A stretch of 63,578 nt of DNA, the filler included, from Sanchytrium tribonematis (taxonomy: Eukaryota): assembly GCA_018985235.1 (NCBI GenBank). It is 19 parts of 19 records of this genome, joined end to end, with 100 filler letters (N's around TTAATTAATTAA, not from the genome) between each part and the next. Parts side by side here need not be neighbours in the genome. Positions count along the whole stretch, not along the records: positions 46,624 to 48,970 come from JADGIG010001066.1; positions 49,071 to 51,415 come from JADGIG010001067.1; positions 51,516 to 53,857 come from JADGIG010001068.1; positions 53,958 to 56,295 come from JADGIG010001069.1; 15 more parts are not named here. One strand, given 5' to 3'. Within the stretch, counting starts at the first letter, position 1. Every line of letters begins with the position of its first letter. Shown in pieces: positions 47,168 to 56,395 of the stretch. Both the position numbers and the translations under genes were made by a program. The notes under the pieces are model-generated. The model saw nothing but the letters and a program-made list of their open reading frames with translations. It was not told the DNA's origin and did not search any database.

Positions 47168-48262
47168 ATGATCATTTATTACGATCTGAAACTTGAGCCA
47201 CTAACTTCAATGATCATTTCAATCTTGACGACTATCTACGTGGTGTTGGGTATGATATTTTTCATGTGGAATAAAGATCGTCTAGTTATCAAAAAGCGAG
47301 TACCAGTATTGGTGGTGACCTACCAAATTTTTTTATTGGGAGTCCAAATTATTGTCCTAATGGAATTGGAATGGAACGTTATAGATTCGTCCAAAATGGA
47401 CTGTTATTCGCGCTACATTCTGGAGGCTTTCTGGAGCTTCTTAGCATCCGTATCTATCACTGTCTTTTTGGCTCAGAAGTTTTCTCTAGGGCGAGAATAT
47501 CTAGCTGTAAAGTTAAGCCAGCTTTTTTTAAATAAGTCTAGGAAAACAAGCTCATTGAAAATTGCTATTTTGTCATGTATATTGGGCTTGTCCTCTATTC
47601 TTTATAGTATTTTTTACTTTTTATTTGACAAACAAGCCTTAGCGAATCAATTTCAGTCTGAGATTATGACCGATACTGCTTTTGTTGAAATTTTGAATCT
47701 AATTATGTTCTCTGTACTATTTATGATGTCTCTAAGAATTCTACAGGCTCGACAACTTGATCACATTGGCGCGGGGCTTGAAGTTATTGGTTTCACCGCA
47801 TTACTTTTTTTCTTGGCCTGCGCTGCACCGCTAGTCGCAGTGGAAAAGAAAAAACTTTGGTTTATTTATATTGAGTGTATCTTAATTGTGTTTTTTGGAC
47901 TGTACTTCCCCTTGATAATTAACGCGGTTCATTTGAAGCAAGTACGTTTTAAATCCACTGCCACTCTTGATGATCCAAGGTTACAAGAAGTTTGTAAAAG
48001 ATTGTATTGCGACGAGCTGCATTATTACCTCAAGCGGTTTAAAGAGTTTCAAAACGGTAATGTAGTTGGCGACGATTTAATTCGACAATTTATTGAAAGG
48101 GGTTCGCCGTGTGAACTTAATATTAGCGAAGATTTAAGAATCTTTTTGTTGAAGGCTGAAAGTGAGGATGAGATTAAAAAGGGGCTTCAGTCAGTATATA
48201 AAGAAGTGTGCCAGCTTTTAAGAGATTCAATCCTCCCTTATTTACATAATGAAAATGTTTGA
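47168..48262 (+). CDS. Multi-pass (about 7 TM) membrane protein with C-terminal RGS domain
   Basis: Hydrophobic segments, then CKRLYCDEL...FIERGSPCELNISEDLR (RGS signature). Confidence 0.75.
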   Translation: MIIYYDLKLEPLTSMIISILTTIYVVLGMIFFMWNKDRLVIKKRVPVLVVTYQIFLLGVQIIVLMELEWNVIDSSKMDCYSRYILEAFWSFLASVSITVFLAQKFSLGREYLAVKLSQLFLNKSRKTSSLKIAILSCILGLSSILYSIFYFLFDKQALANQFQSEIMTDTAFVEILNLIMFSVLFMMSLRILQARQLDHIGAGLEVIGFTALLFFLACAAPLVAVEKKKLWFIYIECILIVFFGLYFPLIINAVHLKQVRFKSTATLDDPRLQEVCKRLYCDELHYYLKRFKEFQNGNVVGDDLIRQFIERGSPCELNISEDLRIFLLKAESEDEIKKGLQSVYKEVCQLLRDSILPYLHNENV

Positions 48263-48286
48263 TCTTTTTTGTAACGACTTTAATAA

Positions 48287-48970
48287 ATGAATTCTGAAAA
48301 TTCAAAGAGGTTGTCATCAGCAAGTTCTAATGAACATAATAATGACGATACAAACGAAAAGGGCCTTCTCACGAGATCTTCATCCTCAGAATCCTTGATT
48401 AAAGGAAAACATGAAGAAATAATAGAAAATCATCTGAGTTCATCAATTACTGGTACAATACATAGCTCACTGACTGCTGATATTCAAGATGGTTTTATTA
48501 AAGAGATTAATAAGCGCCAAAATTCTAAAAAAATGACAACTAATTTATTGCTTGATAATTATGAGATTAGGAAAAACAAATCAACGCCCGATCTTAGAGA
48601 TGTTGAAGGTGCTTCTGAACTACTCGGACCTGGGAAGTTCAGAAGGCATCATTTGTCAAACAGCAACGAATTAGATAGATCGAGCACAATGGGACAAACA
48701 TTAACGCCTAGCACTCTTGATTTTATACTTTTATACGGAAATTTTGCCGGTGGATATTATTTTGAAGATTCAGACTCTGGTACAGACGAAGAGCAACCGC
48801 TTCTGGGTTCCCCAACTTCGCAACAGCAAAGAATGACGGGTGCTTCTGTCAAAAAGACTTTTTTTCTACTCATGAAATCTTTCATAGGAACTGGCATTTT
48901 ATTTCTTCCCAGAGCTTTTCTAAATGGAGGGCTCATATTCAGTTCCATATCTTTACTTGTTGTCGCATTT
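48287..48970 (+). CDS. Vacuolar amino-acid transporter Avt3/Avt4-like, 3'-partial
   Basis: FRRHHL, LYGNFAG, EEQPLL dileucine-type motif, FLLMKSFIGTGILFLPRAFLNGG. Confidence 0.88.
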
Positions 48971-49070
48971 NNNNNNNNNNNNNNNNNNNNNNNNNNNNNN
49001 NNNNNNNNNNNNNNTTAATTAATTAANNNNNNNNNNNNNNNNNNNNNNNNNNNNNNNNNNNNNNNNNNNN

Positions 49071-49195
49071 ACAAATTACTCGGAAATGTTACCATTGCAC
49101 AGGGAGGTGTGTTGCCAAATATCCACGCAGTTTTATTGCCAAAGAAAGTCAAGGGAGCTGGAAAAGGACCAGCTGATGAAAGTCAAGAATATTAA
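49071..49195 (+). CDS. Histone H2A C-terminal fragment ending SQEY
   Basis: Hand translation [40 protein letters not shown]. Confidence 0.95.
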
Positions 49196-49218
49196 TAAAA
49201 AGAAATTGTTTTTTATTT

Positions 49219-49836
49219 TTAGTGCTTGAATTCATTCGCTTCAACTGCTTGTGTACCAACTGCAGGATCAAATTTAAATGCTTTGCCAGTAAAATCTGTA
49301 GCTATTTGTACGCATTGAAATGATAGTGGATCTGCTGTTGCACTTTGATGCCCACAAATAGCACCGCCTTCAATTCTAATCTTGTCAATTCCTGTCAAAG
49401 TAGTCATTTGGGTCCATGCTTGTTTAGAAGAATAATCAACTTGACTGCAATATACGTTGGAATCCTTATTTCTCACGCACATAAATGGATTGAGCACGGA
49501 CATTCTTATTTCAACCGCACTACCACTGATCTCTTTGATAATGAATACGTCAGTTTTAATAAGCCCTTTTTGTTCACCACATGCGATATTTCCAGCTGTA
49601 CCAACCATGCAAATAGTACTCACACGAAAATCAACCGAAATAGGCTTAAAATCAATATTAAATGTTTTTGGTTTCAAGGTTGAGAAATCACTTCCCGTTG
49701 CACCACATTTTAGCTGTCCATTGCTGACAGTACAAGTAATCTTTCCATGAGTTACTGTTAATGCGCCATTAGCAGATTCATAAGAACCGACGCTTGTTGT
49801 TTGAGGAATGGAATAGAGCGTTGAAGTGAAGATCAT
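49219..49836 (-). CDS. Secreted Cys-paired beta-repeat protein (tectonin-like), paralog A
   Basis: Repeated (I/M)C-x-V-x4-(I/V)-x-C units; MIFT leader. Confidence 0.65.
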   Translation of the reverse strand: MIFTSTLYSIPQTTSVGSYESANGALTVTHGKITCTVSNGQLKCGATGSDFSTLKPKTFNIDFKPISVDFRVSTICMVGTAGNIACGEQKGLIKTDVFIIKEISGSAVEIRMSVLNPFMCVRNKDSNVYCSQVDYSSKQAWTQMTTLTGIDKIRIEGGAICGHQSATADPLSFQCVQIATDFTGKAFKFDPAVGTQAVEANEFKH

Positions 49837-50008
49837 CTAACAATGGAAGTACGCGCTCCTTTTATGATCGAATTCAGGATCCCTAGACCTGTCCAACTTC
49901 TGTTTTCCAATCAAAAAAGACTCAAGATCTATTACCAGACTGAAGAAACCAATCAAGAACTTCTGATTCCTTAAGGAACTAATGATTTTTAAAATAGTTT
50001 ATTGTTTC

Positions 50009-50647
50009 TTAAAATTTGGTTTCTTTTGGTTCCAATTCACCCACAGATGGGTCAAATTTAAACGGTGTCTTTTCATTCTTGGTATCATCTGTTCCAATTG
50101 TAAGGCATTGATAAGTATCCTTATCTGCATTTTCCTCCTCATGCCCGCAAATCTCACCATTTTCAATTCTAATCTTATCAACTTTTTTAAATTTCTCCAT
50201 TCTAGTCCATTTTTGATTGCTACTAAAGTCAGTTTGACTACACCATACTTGAGAATGTGAATTTCTCAAGCACATGAAATTCCAAAATACGGCAAATCGG
50301 ATATCTGTGACACTGCCACCACTAATTTTGTTGACTAGAAATGTAGCATCATCTGTTAAACTAGTTTGTGTACCACAGGCAATATCGCCTTTAATTCCTA
50401 CGAAACAAATATCATTTCCTTTGAAATCAAGTGATTTTGGTGCAAAATGAATATTGAGTGTTTTCATATTCAGATTCGTATCTGTACCACAACTTACTGC
50501 TTTATCTTTCACAGTGCATGTCACTTTATCATGATTTACGGTATACGTACCATCAATGCAAGTGAAATTGCCTTGAGGATTCGTTGATAATAATCCTGGT
50601 TTATCTTCACTAAGTGGATATCCGTATAGGGTTAGCGTGAAGATCAT
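50009..50647 (-). CDS. Secreted Cys-paired beta-repeat protein, paralog B
   Basis: Shares DKIRIE.G.ICGH and FKFDP.VG with paralog A. Confidence 0.65.
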   Translation of the reverse strand: MIFTLTLYGYPLSEDKPGLLSTNPQGNFTCIDGTYTVNHDKVTCTVKDKAVSCGTDTNLNMKTLNIHFAPKSLDFKGNDICFVGIKGDIACGTQTSLTDDATFLVNKISGGSVTDIRFAVFWNFMCLRNSHSQVWCSQTDFSSNQKWTRMEKFKKVDKIRIENGEICGHEEENADKDTYQCLTIGTDDTKNEKTPFKFDPSVGELEPKETKF

Positions 50648-50989
50648 TTACAATGGTAGATCATCGTCTATAAAAATTACCTCAAAGCCCTGTAATTCCT
50701 GATATTTGTCTGAGTTACAAATCACCTTGAAAAAAAGACCTAAAACGGGTTACATCAAGACATTTAGATATTTGTGATCCTATTTATTGTTAAACATTGT
50801 ACTTGGGACGTCCCAAAATTGGAATCTACCGCTCCTGTGAATTGGATACATCTAGATTTATCTTTTTCTGGAATTGATTAGTGGATGGGAAGCAAGATAA
50901 TCCTTCTTCACTGTTTCCAATTCTACAAGATCAAAACGGCACCGTTTACCTCATTCTTTTGCAATTACTAATCTAAAGACGTTCATCAT

Positions 50990-51415
50990 TTATTCAAGAA
51001 TAACTTGCTTTGTTAGTGATTTCAATAAATGCAATTCTGTTTCACTTGGTTTTCCATGAATTTGCCATCTCACAATTCCCTGTTTATTTATTAAATACAT
51101 CCATGGGACATACTTATTAATGATGCCTAGATGCTCTTTAAAATCATATATCTTGTGAAATGTGCTTGTGAGGTATGTTGAATGGTCTTTTGGGGGAATT
51201 TTAGATTTTAATGAATATTTCAACATATTCAAAATGACAGATTTGAGCCAGTTTTCTTCAACATTTAATTGAACAAATTGTAATTGAGGATTCATTTGAC
51301 TCAATTGACTGTCATAAAATGATTTATATTCTTTTAATTGCAAATTGGCAAATTCATTGAAAACAACACCCAATAAAGTAGGTTTCTCTTTCAGTACATC
51401 TAATAATTGAACATG
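50990..51415 (-). CDS. ATP10: Mitochondrial ATP synthase assembly factor, 5'-partial
   Basis: QLNVEENWLKS...LGIINKYVPWMYLINKQGIVRW. Confidence 0.75.
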   Translation of the reverse strand, partial: HVQLLDVLKEKPTLLGVVFNEFANLQLKEYKSFYDSQLSQMNPQLQFVQLNVEENWLKSVILNMLKYSLKSKIPPKDHSTYLTSTFHKIYDFKEHLGIINKYVPWMYLINKQGIVRWQIHGKPSETELHLLKSLTKQVILE

Positions 51416-51515
51416 NNNNNNNNNNNNNNNNNNNNNNNNNNNNNNNNNNNNNNNNNNNNTTAATTAATTAANNNNNNNNNNNNNNNNNNNNNNNNNNNNN
51501 NNNNNNNNNNNNNNN

Positions 51516-51860
51516 ATTCCAAAAGTATCTACAAATCAAATAATGCTCATCTATGGAATATGAGTCAGTAAATGATTTAGACAATTTAGATTTGTAATTT
51601 TTCTTTTCAATGATATGTTTGGAGATATTATAATTATTTATGATCATACTAATTGTGGTTGTTTTTGTTGGGATTTTATCGATTTCACCGTCATATTCTG
51701 GATGTTTTTGTGCATAATTCTCTCTGTATATCTCTGCTGCACTTTTATAGTTGTTTTCAATCCAGGAATGGGAATAGTTCTGATTGATTTTCTTTTTAAG
51801 AGTAGAAGCATATTTAACAAATAATTCTAGTTCATTTAAAGAAAATTCTGTAATATCCAC
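51516..51860 (-). CDS. Hypothetical protein, 3'-partial
   Basis: Open frame to the contig edge; start uncertain (GTG); no domain recognised. Confidence 0.35.
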
Positions 51861-52212
51861 ATGATTGGATATACACCAAGTATTGAATAGCCTTTTACCA
51901 CTATTATAAGTGGAATTGGTCTTTTGGGATCGATTTATCTTCTTTACCTGCAGCGTATAAGACCTCGTGCAGAAGATATTGTCACCGCACGCGGAAATGT
52001 TCCCATTTCCTAATTGAGGGCGGCTAAAGCCGCATCGAAAAAATAAATACGATATGAGATTGTTTGAGGGGTTCTACTTTTAAAGTTTTCTAAACTTCAA
52101 AATATTTCAACTCATAGCAAGAGTGGAGAGTCTGATTTGTTTGAAAAACAAACCATATAAATAAAATTTATTACTTTTCACGAACATTCTTTTAAAACCA
52201 TAGAGATTTTCC

Positions 52213-52267
52213 AAGGGACTCTTTCGAATCACGCAATGGATGGTAAGGGACTCTTTCGAATCACGCA
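52213..52267. repeat. 23-bp perfect direct repeat, two copies
   Basis: AAGGGACTCTTTCGAATCACGCA at 52213-52235 and 52245-52267. Confidence 0.9.
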
Positions 52268-52382
52268 GACCTCTCTATGTTTTACTTCAAAGGGGGATTT
52301 TATTTTTTAATTTGTTTTACTTACAATTGATTGGCTAATAGTAATTTAATGGTTGCTAATTGGTCAAAAAATATTTTTAATT

Positions 52383-52861
52383 TCAAATTTACCATTTTCA
52401 TTATGTCTCAACCAGCCAAAAAACGAATGACTTCTCATCAAAGAAAAAGAAGAAGATTATTAAATATCTCAAATTCCGAAAGTCTCAAAGTTGAACGAAG
52501 TGATCAACGGAACGACTTAGAACATGGGATTGCGTTACTTTTCGACAAACAAAGACGTAAAATTGCAGATGAGGATTGGTCTTTAGACGAGCTGCGCCAG
52601 TTTGAGAACGAGTTGGAAAATATGAAATATCAGATTGATGATATTTTAGCTCGTGAAGAAACAAAACAGGAGTTTTATGTGGAAAAGTGTGATCAATTAT
52701 ACTTTACTGAAGGGGGCAGAGTAAAATTGCGTTGTTTTTGGGAGAATTCAAACGAGTTCACATTTGAGTATTTGGAAAATGTCGGTCATACAAAAGCTGC
52801 TTGCGACTTTATTAAAAAGTTGAGATTGAAAAACAACGATTTAAGAAAAAAGTTTCAATAA
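52383..52861 (+). CDS. Protein with NLS-like N-terminus and divergent chromodomain-like C-terminus
   Basis: PAKKRMTSHQRKRRR; FYVEK...GRVKLRCFWENSNEFTFEYLENV. Confidence 0.55.
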
Positions 52862-52883
52862 ATGAATTTGATGAAAATTTGAT

Positions 52884-53324
52884 TTATTTTCGTTTTTGTC
52901 GTTTCGAATCTTTAGATTCTTCAGCTTCCAATTTATGTTTATCTGATGACAATTCCAAATCATTGTCATCCAAAATTTCACTTTCTTCAGTCATTTCGGC
53001 TGGATGTTCGCAAACTGGAAGGCAAATTGAATGCAAGTTTACGGAATTTGCAGTTTTTTCTTGGCCATCTTTTGAAAAATATTTTGTTTGATAAAATTGT
53101 CCATTCACTACCACGCATGATCCTTTCTTCAAAGTTTTTTTTAAACGATCTGCTCGTCCTTCCCATAACGTTACGTTATAAAAAGAGACATGATTCTTTC
53201 TACCAATGTAATTGTTACTTGCAATGCTCAGTTCAGTTACTTTTTTCTCTCCCTTGATAGTTTTAACTATTTTTTCAATTGGATCTTCAGTGAGTCGGCC
53301 ATTGATAGTAATGAAGCTTACCAT
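52884..53324 (-). CDS. Bacterial/phage/mitochondrial-type single-stranded DNA-binding protein (OB fold)
   Basis: ITINGRLTEDP, LSIASN, FYNVTLW...A...LKKGSCVVVNG...YFSKDGQ. Confidence 0.85.
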   Translation of the reverse strand: MVSFITINGRLTEDPIEKIVKTIKGEKKVTELSIASNNYIGRKNHVSFYNVTLWEGRADRLKKTLKKGSCVVVNGQFYQTKYFSKDGQEKTANSVNLHSICLPVCEHPAEMTEESEILDDNDLELSSDKHKLEAEESKDSKRQKRK

Positions 53325-53520
53325 TTGTAAAGTAGTTGTCTTACTGTTTAAATATCCAAAAATCCTTGCACAAAACTATTGTATTAGTTTCTGCCCAATC
53401 ATCTATTATTGCACAAATATACAATGCGGTACTTTATTGGGCCAAGTAAATTTGTAGTTCGATAGCTATTGGTTCTCTTTAAATTGTGATTTATTTAAAC
53501 TTGTGCAGGTTATCATTTCA

Positions 53521-53857
53521 ATGAGTTTGCAAAATTTACCTGATGAAATACATTTGAAATATTTCCAATATTTGGACGAAGATTCAATATCAAATGTGGG
53601 ACAGCTTAACCAAAAACTGAGTCTAATTGTAAAAGATTACAAAAAACCATTGGGCGTTATAGAGTTGCGTTTAAAAGAGTACATTCAAAATGTCGAAATG
53701 TTCAAAGATTTGCTTCGAAGAACTGACTCTGTTATATCTGATTTTCTAGTTCTGGATACATTGCTGAAAGCTAAATCTCCACATTGTCTTAGTTTGCATA
53801 TCTATGCTAAGTCTAATGTCGCTTGTTTTTCCTTAATGATGAATTTTTTTGAAAAGG
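53521..53857 (+). CDS. F-box protein, 3'-partial
   Basis: LQNLPDEIHLKYFQYLD...QLNQKL. Confidence 0.7.
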
Positions 53858-53958
53858 NNNNNNNNNNNNNNNNNNNNNNNNNNNNNNNNNNNNNNNNNNN
53901 NTTAATTAATTAANNNNNNNNNNNNNNNNNNNNNNNNNNNNNNNNNNNNNNNNNNNNA

Positions 53959-54180
53959 TCCAATACGAATTCAGAGGGTGGCTATTTAATTTATATATTA
54001 ATTGGAAGTGGTGCATTGATATTTATTGGATTATTAATTGCTACTAAATATATTAAAGCACCCCAAGTGACACCCAATCGATTTACAAGAAGAGGGAGTT
54101 TTGGAACATTAATCACATTTCAATCTAAAAAGAAGCGACAATCTGTTGTGACAGAGTCTGCTAATGAGACTATTAAATAA
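53959..54180 (+). CDS. C-terminal fragment of a single-pass membrane protein
   Basis: Hand translation ...YLIYILIGSGALIFIGLLIATKYIK...RRGSFGTL...ETIK*. Confidence 0.6.
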   Translation, partial: SNTNSEGGYLIYILIGSGALIFIGLLIATKYIKAPQVTPNRFTRRGSFGTLITFQSKKKRQSVVTESANETIK

Positions 54181-54190
54181 AAATAAATAT

Positions 54191-55381
54191 TTATTGATTT
54201 GCTTCATTTTCTAGCAAATTTTTAACAATTTCTTTGCTTGACTTTGCGACAGAGCTTAAGCCTGCTAACGCCACAGAATGTCCTTCGTCATCAATTCTCT
54301 GAGGATAGGCAATGCCCAATCCATAAAAATCCAACTGTTTTTCTTGAATTTCCAATTTCATTGTCTCTTTATTTAATCTCAAATCTTGTGCATTCAATTC
54401 TTCACCATCATATGTAATTGGAATCGGAGCAGGTTGAAATCCAATTGCATAAATAATATAGTCAAAATCCTTAATATCTGATGCATAATCCACATTTCCT
54501 TGAATTTGTTCAAACTTAGGAAACCATACTTTTTTATCCAGAATTTCTGTAGCAAATTTGGATGCCTCACCTTTTAATCCTCTTAAAGCATTTTTAATTG
54601 TGCCGTCCTCATTTTGAGTGGCAATAACATATTTATCATCTGATTTATGAAACACATTCACATTTTCAGCACGGACACCATTTCTATGTAGATTTCGAAG
54701 CACTAGCATGGCAGAATGACTGTTTCCTACGACAATGTATTTTTTGGTCTTCTTTAATTTACCTGTCATTGCTTTTATAATTGGGATTTTTTTAGTAGAC
54801 TCAGAAATAAATCCTGAGATTGTGCCATCGTTGATCTTTGGGATCCCTCCTTGTGCCAAATACAATTGATCACATTTAATAGTCATTGATCTGTGTCGAA
54901 GACAGCTTGGACATCCAGATTGGGTCACTGTGATCAATGTTTGCTCGTTTTCATATTCAATGCTTTCTACATGACCCTTAACAATTTCAACGTGTTTTCT
55001 CAACTCCTTTGTATATTCATATACCAATTGATGCACAATCTTCAATACGGGTTCATCTGACCGTTTCATTCGATTCAATTCTTGAAGAGCTTTCATTTCC
55101 CGCCTTACTGACAACATTTCAAAATATGAGTTTGACTTGGACCATTCCAAATACTTTCCTACTTTAGCATTGCCTGGGATTTCTTTATAATCTTGTAAGG
55201 CACCGCCATTAAAGTCATGCGCAATCCATACAACATTCATTTCATTATTTTGAGATTTATATTTCAATGAAAGTAATTCGCCAACTAAGGTTGATCCTGC
55301 TGGTCCACTCCCAATGACGCAGTGCTGATACGCATGACTGATAGTCAATAAGTGAAGTAATATGATGGATGCAGTCATCAT
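54191..55381 (-). CDS. FAD/NAD(P)-dependent oxidoreductase (pyridine nucleotide-disulfide-like) with signal peptide
   Basis: VIGSGPAG, LAQG, VVGNSHSA, IYAIGF, GLGIAYP. Confidence 0.78.
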   Translation of the reverse strand: MMTASIILLHLLTISHAYQHCVIGSGPAGSTLVGELLSLKYKSQNNEMNVVWIAHDFNGGALQDYKEIPGNAKVGKYLEWSKSNSYFEMLSVRREMKALQELNRMKRSDEPVLKIVHQLVYEYTKELRKHVEIVKGHVESIEYENEQTLITVTQSGCPSCLRHRSMTIKCDQLYLAQGGIPKINDGTISGFISESTKKIPIIKAMTGKLKKTKKYIVVGNSHSAMLVLRNLHRNGVRAENVNVFHKSDDKYVIATQNEDGTIKNALRGLKGEASKFATEILDKKVWFPKFEQIQGNVDYASDIKDFDYIIYAIGFQPAPIPITYDGEELNAQDLRLNKETMKLEIQEKQLDFYGLGIAYPQRIDDEGHSVALAGLSSVAKSSKEIVKNLLENEANQ

Positions 55382-55600
55382 GTTTGAAAGGAGTTGGCAT
55401 GAAAATACAATGATTGATTAGGGGTAGATAAAGAATTGATAGGTAAATCATTGCGAATATCGCATCAAAAAATAAACTTGAACGCTAATTTGAGCGTCAA
55501 ACATGAACTTCTGGTTGATGCTCTTTCCAATTTCAAAAACTAAAGGTCAGCTAAAGGAGCGTTTACTCTCACCATCCTCTAGACCAGTTACAAACTTACA

Positions 55601-55909
55601 ATGAGCCCGGAAGAAGCATTTATCACTCAAATCATTAATAAAGCCTTGCCAAATGATGATCAATTGTTCATTAGTGTGAAATCTGGCAAGGGTATTGAAA
55701 GAAAATATGTCATCCAATTTTTGAATGATAAATTGATCTTGTACAAGGCCACATCCCTCATAAAAGTAGGTTCCCTTTCGATAGTACTTGGTGATCAAGA
55801 TAGATCATGGTATTTAAAATCAACTGAGTTTCGTGATGATAATATGTTTATTTTTGATAGTGGCCGTCAACACAGCAGTGCCTACCAAGTTATTGGCTCA
55901 TTAAGCTGA
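55601..55909 (+). CDS. Hypothetical protein
   Basis: 102-aa ATG ORF, no domain recognised. Confidence 0.3.
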   Translation: MSPEEAFITQIINKALPNDDQLFISVKSGKGIERKYVIQFLNDKLILYKATSLIKVGSLSIVLGDQDRSWYLKSTEFRDDNMFIFDSGRQHSSAYQVIGSLS

Positions 55910-56295
55910 GCATGTCATGTTGCGTAATTGTTTCAATAAAGTGAAAATTTCCTGATCAGTTCCGTTCTGAAATGTTTCATAGATTTGGTTCTCATCCAGT
56001 TCCAGGTAGTTATTGGTACAATAATACTTCAAATGTTCTAATCCATCCCATGGTTGTTCACACATGGTGCAAAAAGCCTTTTTCCCTCTAAATGGGAGTT
56101 GCCCCATAATAAATCGCACTCCTAGACGTAGACAGTGGTGTGAATACGTATATCCATATCGATGTTTCTTTAATAATCTCATCAAAGCACTGTCACTGTT
56201 CAACCTACTTCCTCTTTTTGCCTTATTTCCATCCCATTCATCCTTTAATCTTTCCTTGACTTTCATCCTCAACTCTTTGGATCTGTCTATATGGC
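55901..56295 (-). mobile_element. Non-LTR retrotransposon ORF2 C-terminal zinc-knuckle fragment
   Basis: LRLG...CTMCEQPWDGLEHLKYYC (CX2CX8HX4C). Confidence 0.6.
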
Positions 56296-56395
56296 NNNNN
56301 NNNNNNNNNNNNNNNNNNNNNNNNNNNNNNNNNNNNNNNTTAATTAATTAANNNNNNNNNNNNNNNNNNNNNNNNNNNNNNNNNNNNNNNNNNNN

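Noticed and set aside
52213..52267. CRISPR array
   Set aside because: Only two repeats, a 9-nt spacer, eukaryotic context and no cas genes
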